The notes: a model not told the origin generated them from the letters alone. A stretch of 18,736 nucleotides of DNA from Candidatus Iainarchaeum sp. (GCA_043812975.1 JBDRLP010000002.1:1-18736); one strand, 5' to 3'. Positions 1-8,670 are shown, numbered from the stretch's first letter. Program-made: numbers and translations.

Positions 1-542
1 ATTTTTTTTGTTTCAAGTGGTCCAAAAAAACCAAAAACAGCATACTTGTAATGATTCCTGATTTTTCCTGCTTTCTTTGAAGGGTATGGGGGAAGCCCTA
101 TAATTGCTCCAGAGAATTGTTCTGCTATAACATCTCCCAAACCTGTTCCTGCTTCTATTTCTGCCTTGGCAGCAATCTCAACAACTTCTTTTTTTGCCAA
201 TTTCAGTTTGAGTGTTTTGTTCAGTGCTTCTGCTAATGAAAAGGCTCCCGCACCGCTTATCCCTAACCCAAAACCTATTGGAAATTCAGTTTTATGATTT
301 ATAATAATTTCAAATTTTTGTTTTGTTTTGGCAAGAATTTTTTTTATTACTTTTTGAGAGGTTGTAAATGTATTAGTTTTTCCCCCGTTGATATAAATTT
401 TGTAAGAACTTTTTGGAGATTTTTTTGTTTCAACAGTTGTTTTCATTCCATTTTGTATATTGAATCCGGCTCCTGTTGATCCGTTGGAATAAATTTTGAA
501 GAAACCGGTTATGTGTCCCTGTGAAGTTGCTGTTTCTTTCAT
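1..542 (-). CDS. Pantoate kinase-like GHMP kinase (COG1829 family), 3' end outside window
   Basis: Not in ORF track. Manual translation from ATG at 542: MKETATSQGHITGFFKIYSNGSTGAG...FPIGFGLGISGAGA...AEIEAGTGLGDVIA...GPLETKK. Contains GHITGFF, GSxGAG, the GHMP ATP-binding loop PxGxGLGxSGA and the ExxxGTGLGDV motif of archaeal pantoate kinase. Frame is open to the window edge; starts 4 nt after the fibrillarin stop. Confidence 0.88.
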   Translation of the reverse strand, partial: MKETATSQGHITGFFKIYSNGSTGAGFNIQNGMKTTVETKKSPKSSYKIYINGGKTNTFTTSQKVIKKILAKTKQKFEIIINHKTEFPIGFGLGISGAGAFSLAEALNKTLKLKLAKKEVVEIAAKAEIEAGTGLGDVIAEQFSGAIIGLPPYPSKKAGKIRNHYKYAVFGFFGPLETKK

Positions 543-546
543 TGAA

Positions 547-1218
547 TCACTTTTTTATACAATGAATCATTGCATGGTCTTTTTCAAACGGTTGTAAAGA
601 AATTATTTCAAGTACTTCAAATTCGTTTTCCAGTTTTTTTGCTTCAGCTTCCACAATATTTTCCATCGGTGAGGATGAATCAATGCTTCTTGCTTTCACG
701 CTCAAAAAACCATGGCTGCCGTGTTTTAGGTAAAGTCTTGAATTTCGAAGAAATATTTCTGCCTGGTTTTTTTGCGAAACATCCTGAAACAATGCGTCAA
801 TTGTAAATCCGTTTAAGTATTCTCGGTAAGTGTTTGGCTGGTTAGCATCGCCCATAATAGGAATCATATTTGAGCGTTGCTCGCATAAGTAAATAAATTT
901 TCTCATGCTTCTTGCGCTTATATCAACCCCGAATATTGTGCCTTCTTTTTCCACGATGTCGCTTAAATGAGAAATAGTAGTTCCTTCAGCAGCCCCTAAA
1001 TAAAGCACTTTAGAGCCTTTTTTGATGTAAATTGTTTTTATTCCTTTTTTTATTGCCGCACCAACTTTGCTTCGGGCAGGATTCCATAATCTGAATTCTT
1101 TTCCTTCAGCAGTAATCAGTTCTTCACCATAAACTTTTTTTCCAGGAAGCAAATTAACAGTAGCTAATTTTGATTGTATTTCATAAACTCCGTCAAATAA
1201 TTCTGTTGCTTTTTTCAT
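547..1218 (-). CDS. flpA: Fibrillarin-like rRNA/tRNA 2'-O-methyltransferase
   Basis: Motifs VYGE, FRLWNPARSKVGAAI, KVLYLGAAEGTTISHLSDIV, DVSQKNQAEI, KARSID, LQPFEKDH; adjacent to nop5. Confidence 0.97.
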   Translation of the reverse strand: MKKATELFDGVYEIQSKLATVNLLPGKKVYGEELITAEGKEFRLWNPARSKVGAAIKKGIKTIYIKKGSKVLYLGAAEGTTISHLSDIVEKEGTIFGVDISARSMRKFIYLCEQRSNMIPIMGDANQPNTYREYLNGFTIDALFQDVSQKNQAEIFLRNSRLYLKHGSHGFLSVKARSIDSSSPMENIVEAEAKKLENEFEVLEIISLQPFEKDHAMIHCIKK

Positions 1219-1240
1219 TAGTTTTTACCTTTAATAGGTG

Positions 1241-2515
1241 TTAATTTTTTTTCTTTCCGAATTTTTTGCTAGGGCTTGCTCCTTTTTTAAAATTTGGTTT
1301 TCCAAAAGCTTTCTTTTTTCCAAATGGTTTTCCATGCGGTTTTTTTTCGTATGGTTTTTTCTCTGAATAACTTTTTGGTTTTGGTGAAGGGCTTTTTTCT
1401 GATGTATTTGGTTTTGGGGTTAAATAAGATCTGTTTTTTCCCCTGCGGGACTCCCTTTGGTCGCTGCCTTCAGGTTTTTCAGTATACCTTGGTCTAGAAT
1501 CATAAATTGGTTTTCTGCTTTCAGGTTTTCTATCGGTTCTTGGTCTTGAATTATAGTTAGGTTTTCTTCTATCATCTCTTCTTGGAGGAGTCCTTTCTCT
1601 GTGTTCAGGTCTTCTTTCCCTGTACTCTGGTTTCCTTTCTCTTCGTTCTGGTAATCTTTCTCTATCATCGTATCTTCTTTCTCGATGTTCAGGTTCTGGT
1701 TTGTTAGTTGGTTTTCTTTTTGAGAGTTCTTCTGCTCTTTTTTCAAGTTCTTTTTTCATTTCTTTTGCAGAACTTGTGTTGTGAAAATAATCTTTCTTTA
1801 TTGCGATTGCGAGTTTTGCTGCTAAACTTCGTGCGATTTTTCCTTTGTTCTCGTACCTTGCGGCTTTAATCATTGGGTGCTGGAACAGATAACCATACTT
1901 TGGACTTTTTGCACCTTTCTTTTTATGTAAAAATAATGCCTTTTCAGCTCCAATAACCTGAATTCCTGAAGCAGGCATGAAGGCTAGTTTCTTTTTGGTT
2001 CCTACTTTTGCAAGTATTTTTGCTCCAATTACCGCACCTGCTAATTCAGTGAAATTAGGGAGTTCCTTTTTCATGCTTTCTTCAAGGTACTTGGTTAGGT
2101 ATTCTCTTTGTTCGCGCAGATTGTAGCAGTTTAATGCAAGTGTTTTTATTTCTGCCATGTCTTTTTCTTCTGTTTTTGAACCCATTGTTTTTTTTGCAGA
2201 ACTCATTATTTTTCCAATGTTTTGTTCCTCAATGCCCGCATCTTTAAGTTTTTTCTCCGTGAATTTTTCTCGGTCTCCAATTTCATAAACAAGTTTTAAA
2301 TATGGCTTATTCTCTTTAACCAGATTATTTAATTCAGGGAAGTGGGTTGAGTACCATTCTCTTAACTGTTCAATGAATAAGTTTGATGCAGAATCAAGAT
2401 CTTCCAGTAAATTTACTGATTTTATTATGTGTACTTCTTTTCCTTCATATTTTTCCTGCACTTTCTTTTTTGCAGAACTGATTAGTTTTTTTCTAAGCAA
2501 ATCCATGTTATCCAT
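1241..2515 (-). CDS. nop5: Nop5 (Nop56/58) C/D box sRNP protein with short N-terminus and long basic repetitive C-terminal tail
   Basis: LREWYSTHFPEL, PASGIQVIGAEKALF, SPKYGYLFQHP and GKIARSLAAKLAIA are Nop-domain motifs. GGTGA SD at 2529-2525; start overlaps the glyS stop. Confidence 0.95.
   Translation of the reverse strand: MDNMDLLRKKLISSAKKKVQEKYEGKEVHIIKSVNLLEDLDSASNLFIEQLREWYSTHFPELNNLVKENKPYLKLVYEIGDREKFTEKKLKDAGIEEQNIGKIMSSAKKTMGSKTEEKDMAEIKTLALNCYNLREQREYLTKYLEESMKKELPNFTELAGAVIGAKILAKVGTKKKLAFMPASGIQVIGAEKALFLHKKKGAKSPKYGYLFQHPMIKAARYENKGKIARSLAAKLAIAIKKDYFHNTSSAKEMKKELEKRAEELSKRKPTNKPEPEHRERRYDDRERLPERRERKPEYRERRPEHRERTPPRRDDRRKPNYNSRPRTDRKPESRKPIYDSRPRYTEKPEGSDQRESRRGKNRSYLTPKPNTSEKSPSPKPKSYSEKKPYEKKPHGKPFGKKKAFGKPNFKKGASPSKKFGKKKN
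1466..1567 (-). repeat. Two degenerate 51-bp (17-aa) tandem repeats in the nop5 tail
   Basis: RKPNYNSRPRTDRKPES / RKPIYDSRPRYTEKPEG. Confidence 0.8.
1589..1693 (-). repeat. Five degenerate 21-bp (7-aa) tandem repeats in the nop5 tail
   Basis: PEHRERR / YDDRERL / PERRERK / PEYRERR / PEHRERT; first DNA unit CCTGAACATCGAGAAAGAAGA versus last CCTGAACACAGAGAAAGGACT. Confidence 0.85.
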
Positions 2516-3992
2516 TTAGTTTTTCACCCAAAATTTTTTCAAGATCTTCAATTTTAACTCTTTCCTGTTTCATTGTATCTCTTTCACGCAAAGTTACTGT
2601 GTTGTCTTCTTTTGTATCATAATCAACTGTAATTCCAATTGGTGTTCCAACAGCATCCTGTCTTGAGTAACGTCTTCCTATGCTTCCACTTTCATCATAA
2701 TAACACAAGTACTTGTTTCCCAGTGTTTTTATAAGTTCTTTTGCCTTTTCTGCAAGGCCGTCTTTTTTAACTAAAGGGTATATTCCAACCTGTACTGGCG
2801 CAATCCAAGGAGGGAGTGTAAGCAAGGTTCTTTTTTCATCTTCTCTTTCATCATAATTAAGGTCAAGAAGTGCAAAGAACGGCCTGTCAACTCCAAATGC
2901 AATTTCAATTACGTGAGGTATTTCTTCTTTTCCTTCTAGGGTTCTTGCTGTTAATTTTTCATTGCTGTGTTTTTGGTGCTGGCTCAAATCATAGTTGGTT
3001 CTGTCGCTTATTCCGCATACTTCTGTCCAGCCAAAGCTTTTCAATTGCACTTCTAAGTCCCAAGTGTCGTCTGAGTAAAATGCTTTTTCATCTGAGTGGT
3101 GCTGTCTTAATCTTAATCTATCTTTTTTGATTCCAAAATCAGTGAATATTTTGAAACTTAACCATACGTGCCACGCATAAGCCTGATTTTTTAACAATTT
3201 TTTCTTCATTGCATCTTCTAAAGAAATTTCTGTTGGTTCTTTTTTTTCATTCTGCATTTTTTCGGTCCATAAAGGAAGTTTTTCTTTTTTTGCTTCTTCA
3301 AAACCAGGCCATTTAGTTTTCATTTCAGGAAACAGGAATGTTTGTGATTCTGCTTGTGTAAATTCCCTGCTTCTCAATAAGTGCTGCCTAGGACTTATTT
3401 CATTTCTGAATGCTTTTCCAATTTGAAAAACTCCGAACGGAAGTTTGTCCCTGAAAAAGTTCATGTAATTCTTAAAAGGTAAGTATGTTGTGGTTGCGGT
3501 TTCCGGCCTGTTGTAAGCTTCAATGTTTTTTCCAATTGTGGTTTTCATCATTAGTGAGTGTCTTTCAATTTTCATGGCTAGCTTTTTTCCGCCAGGTGCT
3601 TTAATGTTTTTTTCTTTTATTGTTTTTAATAATTTTTCGTCAGAAAAGTGATCTGCTTGTATTCCTGTTATTTCTTCAATCAGTTTGTCAGCTCTGTAAC
3701 TTTCTTTTCCGTCTTCAGCAAGAATTACTGGATCATTAAAACCATCTAAGTGGCCTGATGCTTTCCAAACTTCTTTTGGAGAAATTATTGGGTATTCAAT
3801 TTCATAAAACCCGTTTGAATTGAAAACCTTTCTTATTACTGCTTCTACATTGTTCTTGAGTCTTTTTCCAAGAGGGCCGTAAGTGTAAAAACCTGCTATG
3901 CCACCATAAATCTCAGGTTCTGGACCATACACAAATCCTTTGTCTTTCAAATAGGTTGTCAGTGTTTCTGAGAAATCATCCTTTTTTGCCAT
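2508..3992 (-). CDS. glyS: Glycine--tRNA ligase (alpha2, archaeal/eukaryotic type)
   Basis: EIYGGIAGFYTYGPLG, VWKASGH, RPETA, QIGKAFRNEISPRQHLLRSREFTQAE, PHVIEIAFGVDR, and anticodon-binding domain GSIGRRYSRQDAVGTP. Start moved from 4010 to ATG 3992 (MAKKDD) because a TATA-like TTTAATA lies 22-28 nt upstream of it. Confidence 0.97.
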   Translation of the reverse strand: MAKKDDFSETLTTYLKDKGFVYGPEPEIYGGIAGFYTYGPLGKRLKNNVEAVIRKVFNSNGFYEIEYPIISPKEVWKASGHLDGFNDPVILAEDGKESYRADKLIEEITGIQADHFSDEKLLKTIKEKNIKAPGGKKLAMKIERHSLMMKTTIGKNIEAYNRPETATTTYLPFKNYMNFFRDKLPFGVFQIGKAFRNEISPRQHLLRSREFTQAESQTFLFPEMKTKWPGFEEAKKEKLPLWTEKMQNEKKEPTEISLEDAMKKKLLKNQAYAWHVWLSFKIFTDFGIKKDRLRLRQHHSDEKAFYSDDTWDLEVQLKSFGWTEVCGISDRTNYDLSQHQKHSNEKLTARTLEGKEEIPHVIEIAFGVDRPFFALLDLNYDEREDEKRTLLTLPPWIAPVQVGIYPLVKKDGLAEKAKELIKTLGNKYLCYYDESGSIGRRYSRQDAVGTPIGITVDYDTKEDNTVTLRERDTMKQERVKIEDLEKILGEKLNG

Positions 3993-4008
3993 GGCAAATT
4001 TAAAATAC

Positions 4009-4021
4009 AAAAGTATTAAAA
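4009..4021. promoter_or_regulatory. TATA-like element between divergent glyS and tRNA-Thr
   Basis: AAAAGTATTAAAA on plus, TTTTAATACTTTT on minus; spacing fits a leaderless glyS transcript and it may also serve the tRNA. Confidence 0.5.
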
Positions 4022-4063
4022 CCGCTTGTAGCCCAAGTTTAGCGTTATAATAGCCGATTTAGA

Positions 4064-4135
4064 GCCTCCGTAGCATAGTGGTTGTGCACCTGCTTCGTAA
4101 GCAGGGGGTCGCGAGTTCGAATCTCGCCGGAGGCT
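4064..4135 (+). tRNA. tRNA-Thr(CGT), no intron, CCA not encoded
   Basis: Cloverleaf: acceptor GCCTCCG/CGGAGGC, D arm GCAT-AGTGGTT-GTGC, anticodon arm CCTGC-TTCGTAA-GCAGG (CGT at 4096-4098), T arm GCGAG-TTCGAAT-CTCGC, discriminator T, followed by a T-tract. Confidence 0.97.
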
Positions 4136-7049
4136 ATTTTTGTTCAGAAGTTTCATTATAAAGTTTTTTCATTTTTTCTTTAACTTCTTTAGATATTTTC
4201 TTTGCTAATTCATCTCTTTCAGTTTGGGTCATTTTAACCAGTTTATTATTCTGAGATAGTTTTTCAATGTGTTTTGCTTTTTTGGCGCCTAATAATTCAT
4301 CTACAGTTGTTAGCTCTTGTTGTGTTCTTAAGTATCGTTCCTTGAATTCCTGTTCTGAAATGTGTCGTTGTAAATACTCGTGTTTTAATCTTGTTTGTAA
4401 ACCAGCAAGGTTTGTTTTTTCTAATTCTAATCCTTTTTTTAATTGCCCTTTTTCTTTTATTATTGATTTTAATACATAACCTAAACCCCCTAATACAAAC
4501 AGAACAGTGATGACTAAGATTAGCGGCGTTAAGTCAAACGCTTCTGTTAATGCAACGCTGAATACTGTATTTGAGTTGAATTCTTCTCCCTCAATAAATC
4601 CTCGTCCATTAATGCTGAATTTTAGTGAATCTAATTCAAAATTATTTTTTTTAGGAATTTTTGCAATAGCTTCGTAATTTCCATTAAGCTCATTCAGATG
4701 CATTTTTGCGTTGAGGTTAATTTCCTGATTTTCAAGAAACACTGAAACATTTTTTAACAAATCTTTTTTGGTCGAGTTAACCTGTACAATCACTAAATGT
4801 TCATTCCCATAATTGAAAACAATTGGGTTTACAGGGTCTGGTTCTATAACCTGCACATTAAACAAAGGATTTATTTCTTCTATTGGTATTTCAATTATTT
4901 TTTCAAAAAAGTTAGCTGAACTGTCAGTTCCGCTGATTGTAAATTTAATTAACTCATCACCCTGCTGAACCAAGTAATTTATTTCTGAGAAAAAGTATTC
5001 TCCCGGAGCTGTTTCTGTATAGTTTAATGTTTTTGATGTGCTGGCATCTAAGGTTGCTGTTATAATAGCGTCTTTTACTTTTTCACCAGTGGGATAAGTG
5101 AGTTCTAATGCTAATCCAGTGATCAGTTCTCCAATTCTTATTTTTTTCGGGGTTAGTCTGTACTCTGCATTTATTTCAATTGGTTGATAGTAAACGGATT
5201 TTAGAGTTGTAGCTGTTAATTTAGCATTTCCTACAATAGCTATTGTTTCTACTCTTATTGTTGTTTCGCTTGGGGTTAAATGGTTCGGGTTATAAGTTCC
5301 TTTATAGGTTCCATCTATTTGTCTGAAAAGTTTTACTTCTTGGTTTGCTATTTTTGCAGTTAACTTGCTTAATGAGTTTCCGCTTATTAAAGCTCCTTTT
5401 TTATCCGTTACCCAAAGAGCAATTTCGGTGTTTGAGTTTTTGCTTAATCTTTGATTCTGGTTTGAAATCGGTTTTTGAATAGTAATATTTAATTCTGCTC
5501 TTCTGACATTAACTATTGTTGTTTTGCTTTTTGTTGCTCCGTGTTCATCAGTAACTATAAGTTGTACTGTGAAAAGTTCTTCAGGATATACTTGTGAACT
5601 TATGTCAAAAGAATGTTCCACGGGATTACCTGTTCCTGTTGTTCCATCTCCAAAGGACCATTCATAGGTTAATTCATCATTATCAGCATCATTTACTAAA
5701 GCATTAAACAGCACAATTGTTGATTCATCTATTTCAGTCGGGGATACATCAATTCTGAGTATTACTGGATTGTTGTTTGGTAGGTTCAGTACCTCAATTA
5801 CTATAGTATCTATTATTTCTTTTCCGGTTGAATCAGTTACTTTTACTTTAGGGGTGTAAGTTCCTATTTCTGAGTAAATATGGTTTATGGTTGAGTTTGT
5901 ACTGATTCTATCAAATGAACCATCACCATCAAAATCCCATTGAAATGAATATGGTTCTGTTCCGTTTGCAGGAATGGCTGTAAAGATTATTAGTAATGGA
6001 ATTGCTCCTGGCGTAGGATTTGCTGTTAAATCCACTGTGAATTCGTTAATTGTAAATTCTATTTTTCCTTCTGTTGATTGATTCAAATTATCAGTTATTG
6101 TAACAATACAATAAGCATTTCCGTTTGTTCCATCCGCGGTCTGGTACAATAATGTTGATCCGTCTAGTTCACAATTAATCGCAAATTCTTGTTTTATTAA
6201 ATAAGTTAAAGTGCTCATGGCTTCATCAAAAATATGCTCAGTTAATTCAATTCTTCCGGAAGAAGGATGAGTTAAAGCTCCTCCTGAAAAAACTGAACCG
6301 TCATTAAATATTGGCGGATTGTTTTGTGTTGTTCCTGGGGCAATTAATTCAAAATTCCAATTAGTGATGTCTGTTTGACCATTTTGATTTTGTAATTTTA
6401 TTGTTGCATAGTAAGTTCCATCAGATAAACCAGTTGCTTGATAAGAAACTGTTTTATTTACTAAATCTTCACTAAATGTACTGCTTAAATCAAAAGGGGT
6501 CCCGTTATTTACTAAAGTAAATTCTGTTTGGCTTCCATTTAAAGGAGATTCTGATTCATAAAAAATAATTATCTGAAAATCGTTTGCCTGAACAGTTTCT
6601 TCATGATTTGGAATTGTTTTTATGATAGTAATTGGTATTATTGGACTAATAGTGTTTGCTATATTTACCTGAATTTCATCAGACTTTATTATAATAGAAT
6701 TATCATAACTTGCGGTTGCTTTTATAGTAAACAATCCATTTAATCCGCTTGTGTCCCAGTCAAAAGAAAAAGGGGCAAGAACATCGGTTCCAATTTTAGT
6801 AGTGTGTCCGGAACTATTTGTATAAGAAAATTCAACTTCATTAGGTACACAAGACCCGGAATAATTTGTCTTTATTTCCACAATTCCTGAAACTGCACTA
6901 TTATTTATTGGTGCAGTAATATGTATTGCAGAATTTTCACAGAGTGGTGTCGGTGTTGTGGGAATATCTAAACCATCGGCGCTGGAAAAACTAATTAAAA
7001 AAATTAATAATGCTCCAAGTAAAATTTCTTTGTTAAAAAGTGTATTCAT
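4134..7049 (-). CDS. Large type I membrane surface protein with Ig-like and two PKD domains
   Basis: Signal peptide (ILLGALLIFLISFSSA); Ig-like segment ITAPINNSAVSGIVEI...FSFDWDTSGLNG; PKD motifs YSFQWDFDGDGSFD and LTYEWSFGDGTTGTG; C-terminal TM LILVITVLFVLGGLGYVL followed by a ~105-aa charged tail. Confidence 0.85.
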   Translation of the reverse strand: MNTLFNKEILLGALLIFLISFSSADGLDIPTTPTPLCENSAIHITAPINNSAVSGIVEIKTNYSGSCVPNEVEFSYTNSSGHTTKIGTDVLAPFSFDWDTSGLNGLFTIKATASYDNSIIIKSDEIQVNIANTISPIIPITIIKTIPNHEETVQANDFQIIIFYESESPLNGSQTEFTLVNNGTPFDLSSTFSEDLVNKTVSYQATGLSDGTYYATIKLQNQNGQTDITNWNFELIAPGTTQNNPPIFNDGSVFSGGALTHPSSGRIELTEHIFDEAMSTLTYLIKQEFAINCELDGSTLLYQTADGTNGNAYCIVTITDNLNQSTEGKIEFTINEFTVDLTANPTPGAIPLLIIFTAIPANGTEPYSFQWDFDGDGSFDRISTNSTINHIYSEIGTYTPKVKVTDSTGKEIIDTIVIEVLNLPNNNPVILRIDVSPTEIDESTIVLFNALVNDADNDELTYEWSFGDGTTGTGNPVEHSFDISSQVYPEELFTVQLIVTDEHGATKSKTTIVNVRRAELNITIQKPISNQNQRLSKNSNTEIALWVTDKKGALISGNSLSKLTAKIANQEVKLFRQIDGTYKGTYNPNHLTPSETTIRVETIAIVGNAKLTATTLKSVYYQPIEINAEYRLTPKKIRIGELITGLALELTYPTGEKVKDAIITATLDASTSKTLNYTETAPGEYFFSEINYLVQQGDELIKFTISGTDSSANFFEKIIEIPIEEINPLFNVQVIEPDPVNPIVFNYGNEHLVIVQVNSTKKDLLKNVSVFLENQEINLNAKMHLNELNGNYEAIAKIPKKNNFELDSLKFSINGRGFIEGEEFNSNTVFSVALTEAFDLTPLILVITVLFVLGGLGYVLKSIIKEKGQLKKGLELEKTNLAGLQTRLKHEYLQRHISEQEFKERYLRTQQELTTVDELLGAKKAKHIEKLSQNNKLVKMTQTERDELAKKISKEVKEKMKKLYNETSEQK

Positions 7050-7107
7050 GTTTTAAATGATAAGAAAAGCCGTATATATTGATTTCTTTTTTCATTTATG
7101 GTGAATT

Positions 7108-8610
7108 TTACTCTGTTGTAATAGTAACAAGCTGATCTTTGTTTATTGGTTGGTCACTGCTTGGTTCTTGGTAGCTAATTCTTAAATTGCATCTTGCTAC
7201 TGAGCCTAATGGGGTGCTATTTGGAACTTCTATGGTGAATGGAACAGCTTTTGTTTGGTCTTTTTCTAAAATGTCAAATCTGTAAAGGTTTTTTCCTGCT
7301 TCCAAATTTAACCAGTCTGATCCGGTTGGTGAATCAGTACATGAACTTTTAACCTCAAATTCTGTCAGCACTACTTTCCCAGAGTTTGTTATTTCTATTG
7401 AGCCAACTTCTTTGTTGTATTTTCCATTATTTTTTTTCAGAGTGTAAGAATCTGAAAGTCCTTTAACGCTTATTCTTGCTTCTGATTTTCTTATTATCAA
7501 ATCAAGGTTGAATCTTCTCTGGAACGAAGTTGTTTTTACAATAAATTCCCCGTCTATTGTTTCTTCTGTTTTTCCTGTATCAAAAGACACATCATCAGGA
7601 ATACTAAGTAAAATGTTTATGATTTCTTTTTCACCTGGTTTTACACTATCTATTATTGGTTCAAAATCAAACCATGTTTTTACTTCTTCTGCATCAGTAA
7701 ATTCTGTTGAGGTAATATCAAGTTCTATTTCTACATTGGTTATTTCTGTGTCGGTTTCATTTTCAATTGAAATACTTTTTTCTGAACTATCTCCTGTATT
7801 TATTATTCTAAAATCGGCATTGGTTTTTGAGGTGCCGAACTTAATTTTTATATCTTCAAGATTAAGTTCTATTAAACTGTATTTTCCCTCTACTTTTGTT
7901 TTGCTTCCGTCAAAACCCTCAATCCTTATTGTGCCGTTTTTATTATCTCCCAGTTCGCTGCTCTTTGGATTATCGTCAACTTTTAGAGTTACAATAACAT
8001 CCCATGTTCCTTTCAAAACATAAAGCGGTTTTGTGTATTCAATAGTCATTACTTCTGCTGCGTCATCATCCAGAACAAGGTTGATTATCTGGGCATCAGC
8101 TTCATTGTTAATTACAGTAAGAGTTATTTCTTTTACTTCTCCCGTGAACAAACTTTCAGGGAATGAACCGCTTAGTTCAAATTTTTTGGCTATTTCCATT
8201 TGAACAAAAAATTCTGTTGAATCAGGAGAAACTTCTATTTCCCTGTTTGAAATCGATTTAAAACCACCAGAAGCAACATCAATTGTGTAGGTTCCGTTTT
8301 TGATGGTTACTGTTCCACTGCTGTTTATTTGTTCAATTTCCTCGCCGGTGTTATCTCTGATTCTAATATCTGCCGGAATTGGGGTTCCTTCTGTGTTTTT
8401 TATGTCAAAAGAAACTTCCTGGTAGCTTCCAATGAAAAAATCGTAAACAAAAAACACTACTAAAAGTCCGATTATCCCTATAATTATAAACTTCCCGTGC
8501 TTTTTGAGAAAACCACCAGCAGCGTCCCCTACTTCTCTTGCCTGGTCCATTGCGGTTTTTTCATAAATATCCATCTCTTCTGAGTTAGGGTCATCGTATT
8601 TATCGTACAT
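7108..8610 (-). CDS. Membrane-anchored extracellular protein, probably several beta-sandwich (Ig/CARDB-like) domains
   Basis: Acidic N-terminus, single TM (FIIIGIIGLLVVFFVYDFFIG), then GTYTIDVASGGFKS and repeated beta-rich units (ISIENETDTEITNV...VKPGEKEII; IEITNSGKVVLTEF...KDQTKAVPFTIEVP). Confidence 0.7.
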   Translation of the reverse strand: MYDKYDDPNSEEMDIYEKTAMDQAREVGDAAGGFLKKHGKFIIIGIIGLLVVFFVYDFFIGSYQEVSFDIKNTEGTPIPADIRIRDNTGEEIEQINSSGTVTIKNGTYTIDVASGGFKSISNREIEVSPDSTEFFVQMEIAKKFELSGSFPESLFTGEVKEITLTVINNEADAQIINLVLDDDAAEVMTIEYTKPLYVLKGTWDVIVTLKVDDNPKSSELGDNKNGTIRIEGFDGSKTKVEGKYSLIELNLEDIKIKFGTSKTNADFRIINTGDSSEKSISIENETDTEITNVEIELDITSTEFTDAEEVKTWFDFEPIIDSVKPGEKEIINILLSIPDDVSFDTGKTEETIDGEFIVKTTSFQRRFNLDLIIRKSEARISVKGLSDSYTLKKNNGKYNKEVGSIEITNSGKVVLTEFEVKSSCTDSPTGSDWLNLEAGKNLYRFDILEKDQTKAVPFTIEVPNSTPLGSVARCNLRISYQEPSSDQPINKDQLVTITTE

Positions 8611-8635
8611 TTTAAACCAAATTAAAAAGGAAAAA

Positions 8636-8646
8636 CATATATTAAA
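8636..8646. promoter_or_regulatory. Shared TATA element of divergent genes 8610(-) and 8671(+)
   Basis: CATATATTAAA centred in a 60-bp intergenic gap, about 25-35 nt from both ATGs, with A-rich BRE-like flanks on both strands. Confidence 0.55.
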
Positions 8647-8670
8647 CGTTTTCGGAACAACTTTTCTTTA

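Noticed and set aside
1294..1746. Alternative ORFs over the nop5 tail (1420-1746 minus, 1294-1497 plus), possibly signalling a frameshift
   Set aside because: The purine-rich repeats lack stops in other frames by composition; the nop5 frame is continuous and its repeats are coherent at protein level.
7508..8023. 171-aa plus-strand ORF
   Set aside because: Antisense shadow of the 500-aa gene; its Ser/Ile/Phe-rich composition is what the reverse complement of Glu/Asp/Lys codons gives.
4064..8610. Genomic island integrated at tRNA-Thr
   Set aside because: No integrase and no duplicated tRNA 3' end (att site) found in the window.
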